Positions 60,503-64,000 of a stretch of DNA of 64,000 nucleotides are shown in pieces. Source of the DNA: Hydrogenophilaceae bacterium. Its GTDB lineage: Bacteria; Pseudomonadota; Gammaproteobacteria; Burkholderiales; Thiobacillaceae. Under the pieces are notes generated by a model. It worked only from the letters and a program-made list of their open reading frames with translations. It had not been told where the DNA came from and searched no databases. The position numbers and the translations under genes were made by a program. The stretch spans positions 14,490 to 78,489 of the forward strand of contig JACAED010000049.1 of NCBI GenBank assembly GCA_013389025.1, written 5' to 3'. How positions within the stretch are numbered: position 1 is the first letter of the stretch; each line of letters begins with the position of its first letter.

Positions 60503-61533
60503 GGCAAGGCGTAGGGTTGCGGTTTGAGCGCAAGTACTGGGCCGTCCGCGGATTTCCAGTGGATGGGCTGGTTTGATGCCACGCTTTCGATCTGGGCGAC
60601 AGCGAGCAGGTCAAAGCCACCTTCTGGCGCAGGTGCGGCGTTAACCACCATTCCGGAGGCCTGGCCATCCATGTCGGATGAATAAAGCACATCGCCAGCC
60701 AGGGGGGCTTCATTGCTGTCGATATGCGCCAGATACATGCGGCGTTTGAGTTTGCCCAGGTACTGGGTGCGTGCGACGATTTCCTGGCCGGGATAACAAC
60801 CCTTCTGGAAACTGACGCCACCGAGCACTTCCCAGTTGATCATTTGCGGCACGAATTCTTCCTTCGTGGCGGCGGTAATCATCGGGATGCCGTTTGCAAG
60901 CCTAAGCCAGTCCCACACACCCGTGCCAACCGGGCGGGCGTGCCTGGCGAGGATTTTCCAGACGACGGGCGCATGTTCGGGAGTAACGACCAGCACGAAT
61001 TTGTCCTCGCCGATGCGCACGGTCTGGCCTTGCGCATTGGTCGAGGATTTCATCACGCTGCCGGGAACGGGCAGACCGGCTTCGTTCAATGCGTCCTTTG
61101 AGCCGGGGCCGGACAGAACCAGCCTGACGTTTTCGTCCGTGGCATCGCGTCCCTTGACCTTGGATCGCAGAATGAACATTTTCAAACGCTTTAGCATCTC
61201 TTCGCGAATATCGCCCGACATCTGCAGACAGTTATCGGCGCCGTTCTTCCACATCAGGAAATTAGCCAGCAGTCTACCCTTGGCTGAACAGTAGCCGTTC
61301 CAGGCCGCGCCATCTGCATGGAGATGGCGCACATCGTTGGTGAACTGGTTTTGCAGAAATTCGGTGACGTCCTCGCCGGAAAATGCCAATAGACCAAGTT
61401 GAGACAAGTCGGCCATGACCGTGCCGGTTTGCGCGCTGGCCAGTTCGTCTTTGGGGTTTCCGAAGTCCCGCACTTGCGCATTTTCAATGCGTGCGCCATG
61501 ACGGGTTAAAAAATCTTGCCAGTCTGGAATCAT
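60499..61533 (-). CDS. ygfZ: Folate-binding Fe-S repair protein YgfZ
   Basis: KGCYPGQEIVAR signature and FVPQMIN. Confidence 0.95.
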   Translation of the reverse strand: MIPDWQDFLTRHGARIENAQVRDFGNPKDELASAQTGTVMADLSQLGLLAFSGEDVTEFLQNQFTNDVRHLHADGAAWNGYCSAKGRLLANFLMWKNGADNCLQMSGDIREEMLKRLKMFILRSKVKGRDATDENVRLVLSGPGSKDALNEAGLPVPGSVMKSSTNAQGQTVRIGEDKFVLVVTPEHAPVVWKILARHARPVGTGVWDWLRLANGIPMITAATKEEFVPQMINWEVLGGVSFQKGCYPGQEIVARTQYLGKLKRRMYLAHIDSNEAPLAGDVLYSSDMDGQASGMVVNAAPAPEGGFDLLAVAQIESVASNQPIHWKSADGPVLALKPQPYALP

Positions 61534-61572
61534 GGTGGTGCAATCAAAATGTCTGGAGTGTACAAATTCTAC

Positions 61573-62004
61573 ATGTTTATACCGCTTGACTTAGCCCTGC
61601 GACCTTCGCGGATTTATGCGGGGTGCTTGTTGCTGGCCCATGGCCTTGCGTTGGCTGGCATATGGCTGGCGGCGCTGCCCATGGCAATCCAACTGATGGT
61701 GACCGGCGTGTTGATGGTGGGTGCAACCGTGCTTGGGCGAAAGGCGAGGTCGGTGGTCAGCGGCTTGCGCGTGAACCGCACCGGACAAGTCGAGATCCAT
61801 ATCCACCAGTCTGGCTGGCAACCTGCCAACATTACAGGGCAGGTCATTGTCCTGCCCTGGCTGATCAGCCTCAGGCTGGTTCGGGAGGGTGAGAAAAAGG
61901 ACAGGCTGACTATATGGCCTGACAGCGCGGACGAGAATAGGCAGCGGCGCTTGAGAGCATGGTTGAGATGGGGATTGCGGGCAGACGGAGATGGCAGAAT
62001 CTAA
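61573..62004 (+). CDS. YgfX-like membrane protein
   Basis: L.PSR, two TM segments and C-terminal PDS....RRLR.WLRW. Confidence 0.75.
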   Translation: MFIPLDLALRPSRIYAGCLLLAHGLALAGIWLAALPMAIQLMVTGVLMVGATVLGRKARSVVSGLRVNRTGQVEIHIHQSGWQPANITGQVIVLPWLISLRLVREGEKKDRLTIWPDSADENRQRRLRAWLRWGLRADGDGRI

Positions 62005-63623
62005 ATCTCGGGCATCAGAACTTCGCAGGCACCCGGGCAGACCAGGTCAGGCCTTGGATTGAGGATGGTATTGCCGACAACTGGCAGAACTTCAGGGTAA
62101 TCACGACTGAAATGCAGTCCTCGGCTTTCATGTCTTAGCATCGCGGAGCGAACAATCAGATCGGCGGTCATCACCAGGTTGCGCAATTCGATCAGGTCGT
62201 GGCTGACACGAAAGTTTCGGTAAAACTCGTCGATTTCATCCTGCAAGAGCTTGATGCGGTGTGCCGCGCGCGCCAGGCGCTTGTTGGTGCGGACAATGCC
62301 AACATAGTCCCACATGAAGCGCCTAAGTTCCGCCCAGTTGTGGGCAATGACGATTTCCTCGTCGGCGTCAGTGACCCGGGACTCGTCCCATTCGGGAATG
62401 GTTTGCGAAAAAGAGGGTGCGTTTTCGAGGATATGGCGGGCGGCGGCCCGACCGAATACCAGGCATTCCAGCAGCGAGTTGGATGCCAGCCGGTTTGCGC
62501 CGTGCAGCCCGGTAAAGGCCACTTCCCCAACGGCATACAGATTGCATAAATCAGTGCAGCCAAACGTGTCCGTGACCACGCCGCCGCACGTGTAATGCGC
62601 TGCGGGAACGACCGGAATCGGCTCGTGGGTCATGTCGATGCCCCACTCCGACAACTGGCGGAAAATGTTGGGAAAGTGTTCGATGATGAATTTTGCCGGC
62701 TTGTGCGAGATGTCCAGATAGACGCAATCCAGGCCGCGCTTTTTCATTTCATAGTCGATGGCGCGGGCAACGATGTCGCGCGGCGCCAGTTCGGCGCGTA
62801 GGTCATGGTCCGGCATGAACCGGCTGCCATCGGGCAGTTTGAGAATTCCGCCTTCGCCCCTGACCGCCTCGGTAATCAGGAAGGATTTGGCCTGCGGCAG
62901 GTACAGGCAGGTTGGGTGAAACTGGATGAATTCCATATTTCCCACCCGGCAACCCGCGCGCCATGCCATGGCGATGCCGTCGCCGGTGGCGGTATCCGGA
63001 TTGGTTGTATACAGGTAAACCTTGCCAGCCCCCCCGGTGGCCAGCACCGTGTAACTCGAAGAAAAGGTTTCCACCTTTCCGGTTTCATTATTGAGCGCGT
63101 AAACGCCATAGACGCGCCGTTCGTCGCCGCCGGTATGCCGGCCGGTGATGAGGTCGATGGCCAGATGGTTTTCAAGCAGGGTGATGTTGGGATGGGTGCG
63201 GATTTTATCGGCCAGTGAGGTTTGCACGGCCCGGCCGGTGGCGTCCGCCGCATGAACGACCCGGCGTTCGCTGTGCCCGCCCTCGCGGGTCAGGTGGTAT
63301 CCGGTATCCGAGGATTCGTCCCGGGTGAAGGTGACGCCCTGGTTGACCAGCCAGCCGACCATCTCCCGGGCCTGGCTCACCACGAAGCGCGTGACGGACT
63401 CGTTGCACAGGCCGGCGCCTGCCAACAAGGTGTCGCGGATATGGGATTCCACCGAGTCGTGGGAGTCGAGCACTGCAGCGATGCCACCCTGCGCCCATGC
63501 GCTGGCGCCATCCATCAATTCGCGCTTGGTCAGGAGGGTGACGTGCCTGTGTGGCGCCAGATGCAGCGCCGTGGTCAGGGCGGCAAGCCCGCTGCCTATG
63601 ATCAGAACTTCGGTTTTGTGCAT
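62001..63623 (-). CDS. nadB: L-aspartate oxidase
   Basis: [24 protein letters not shown] and [15 protein letters not shown]. Confidence 0.97.
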   Translation of the reverse strand: MHKTEVLIIGSGLAALTTALHLAPHRHVTLLTKRELMDGASAWAQGGIAAVLDSHDSVESHIRDTLLAGAGLCNESVTRFVVSQAREMVGWLVNQGVTFTRDESSDTGYHLTREGGHSERRVVHAADATGRAVQTSLADKIRTHPNITLLENHLAIDLITGRHTGGDERRVYGVYALNNETGKVETFSSSYTVLATGGAGKVYLYTTNPDTATGDGIAMAWRAGCRVGNMEFIQFHPTCLYLPQAKSFLITEAVRGEGGILKLPDGSRFMPDHDLRAELAPRDIVARAIDYEMKKRGLDCVYLDISHKPAKFIIEHFPNIFRQLSEWGIDMTHEPIPVVPAAHYTCGGVVTDTFGCTDLCNLYAVGEVAFTGLHGANRLASNSLLECLVFGRAAARHILENAPSFSQTIPEWDESRVTDADEEIVIAHNWAELRRFMWDYVGIVRTNKRLARAAHRIKLLQDEIDEFYRNFRVSHDLIELRNLVMTADLIVRSAMLRHESRGLHFSRDYPEVLPVVGNTILNPRPDLVCPGACEVLMPEI

Positions 63624-63682
63624 GCTGGTGCAATGATACCCAGCAAAATGCGCTTGATGGGCCTCAACCCCCTATCAGGGTT

Positions 63683-63709
63683 GAACTTTTTTTACAGAGC
63701 CGGGTCGGA
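63683..63709 (+). promoter_or_regulatory. Putative sigmaE-dependent promoter of rpoE
   Basis: GAACTT-N16-TCGGA upstream of rpoE. Confidence 0.7.
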
Positions 63710-63771
63710 ATCGCAAAATGCGCTCGCTTATACTAGGCGGATAAACACAAGGCATGCTGCAAGGGAGTACG

Positions 63772-64000
63772 GTGGAACGCGAAATTGACCAGGAACTGGT
63801 CGAACGCGCCCAGAGAGGCGACAAGCGCGCATTTGAGTTGCTGGTGCTCAAGTACCAGCGAAAGCTGGCACGTTTGCTGTCACGCATGGTGCGCGACCCG
63901 GCCGAGATCGAGGATATCGCCCAGGAATCCTTCATCAAGGCCTACCGCGCATTGCCCCAGTTTAGGGGCGAAAGCGCATTTTACACCTGGCTTTATCGCA
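63772..64000 (+). CDS. rpoE: RNA polymerase sigma factor RpoE (5' part; runs off the window end)
   Basis: Manual translation VEREIDQELVERAQRGDKRAFELLVLKYQRK...QESFIKAYRALPQFRGESAFYTWLYR; divergent from nadB. Confidence 0.95.
   Translation, partial: MEREIDQELVERAQRGDKRAFELLVLKYQRKLARLLSRMVRDPAEIEDIAQESFIKAYRALPQFRGESAFYTWLYR

Overview
A 64 kb GC-rich chromosomal segment of a betaproteobacterium. Gene content and order resemble Thiobacillaceae/Nitrosomonadales (inference). It is mostly housekeeping: algC (partial), hemN, ilvE, glnE, acs, hslR-yhdP-nit-tldD, DAHP synthase, ffs-dnaX-ybaB, wrbA, proS, rppH, apbC-dcd-decarboxylase, rpsF-priB-rpsR-rplI-dnaB-alr, ygfZ, nadB and rpoE (partial). I saw no tRNA, rRNA, CRISPR array, transposase or prophage gene. 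The most interesting parts are: (1) a divergent ECF sigma/cupin anti-sigma locus whose back-to-back TGCATCC...CGTA promoters face a lipoprotein truncated globin, SRPBCC, SnoaL and P460-family cytochrome operon; (2) two tandem, apparently secreted, long Pro-rich paralogs (one also Met-rich) that share mainly a signal peptide and a basic 36-aa DPC...DPC C-terminal motif; (3) a Phe/Tyr leader-peptide attenuator, absent from the ORF track, upstream of DAHP synthase; (4) a c-di-GMP-I riboswitch in front of an orphan 73-aa ORF; (5) a TlpA, SoxW-like, TolC and mini-adaptor operon with no inner-membrane pump; (6) three families of intergenic palindromic repeats and a near-perfect IscR type-1 box. All calls come from reading the sequence and recalling family motifs; no searches were run.
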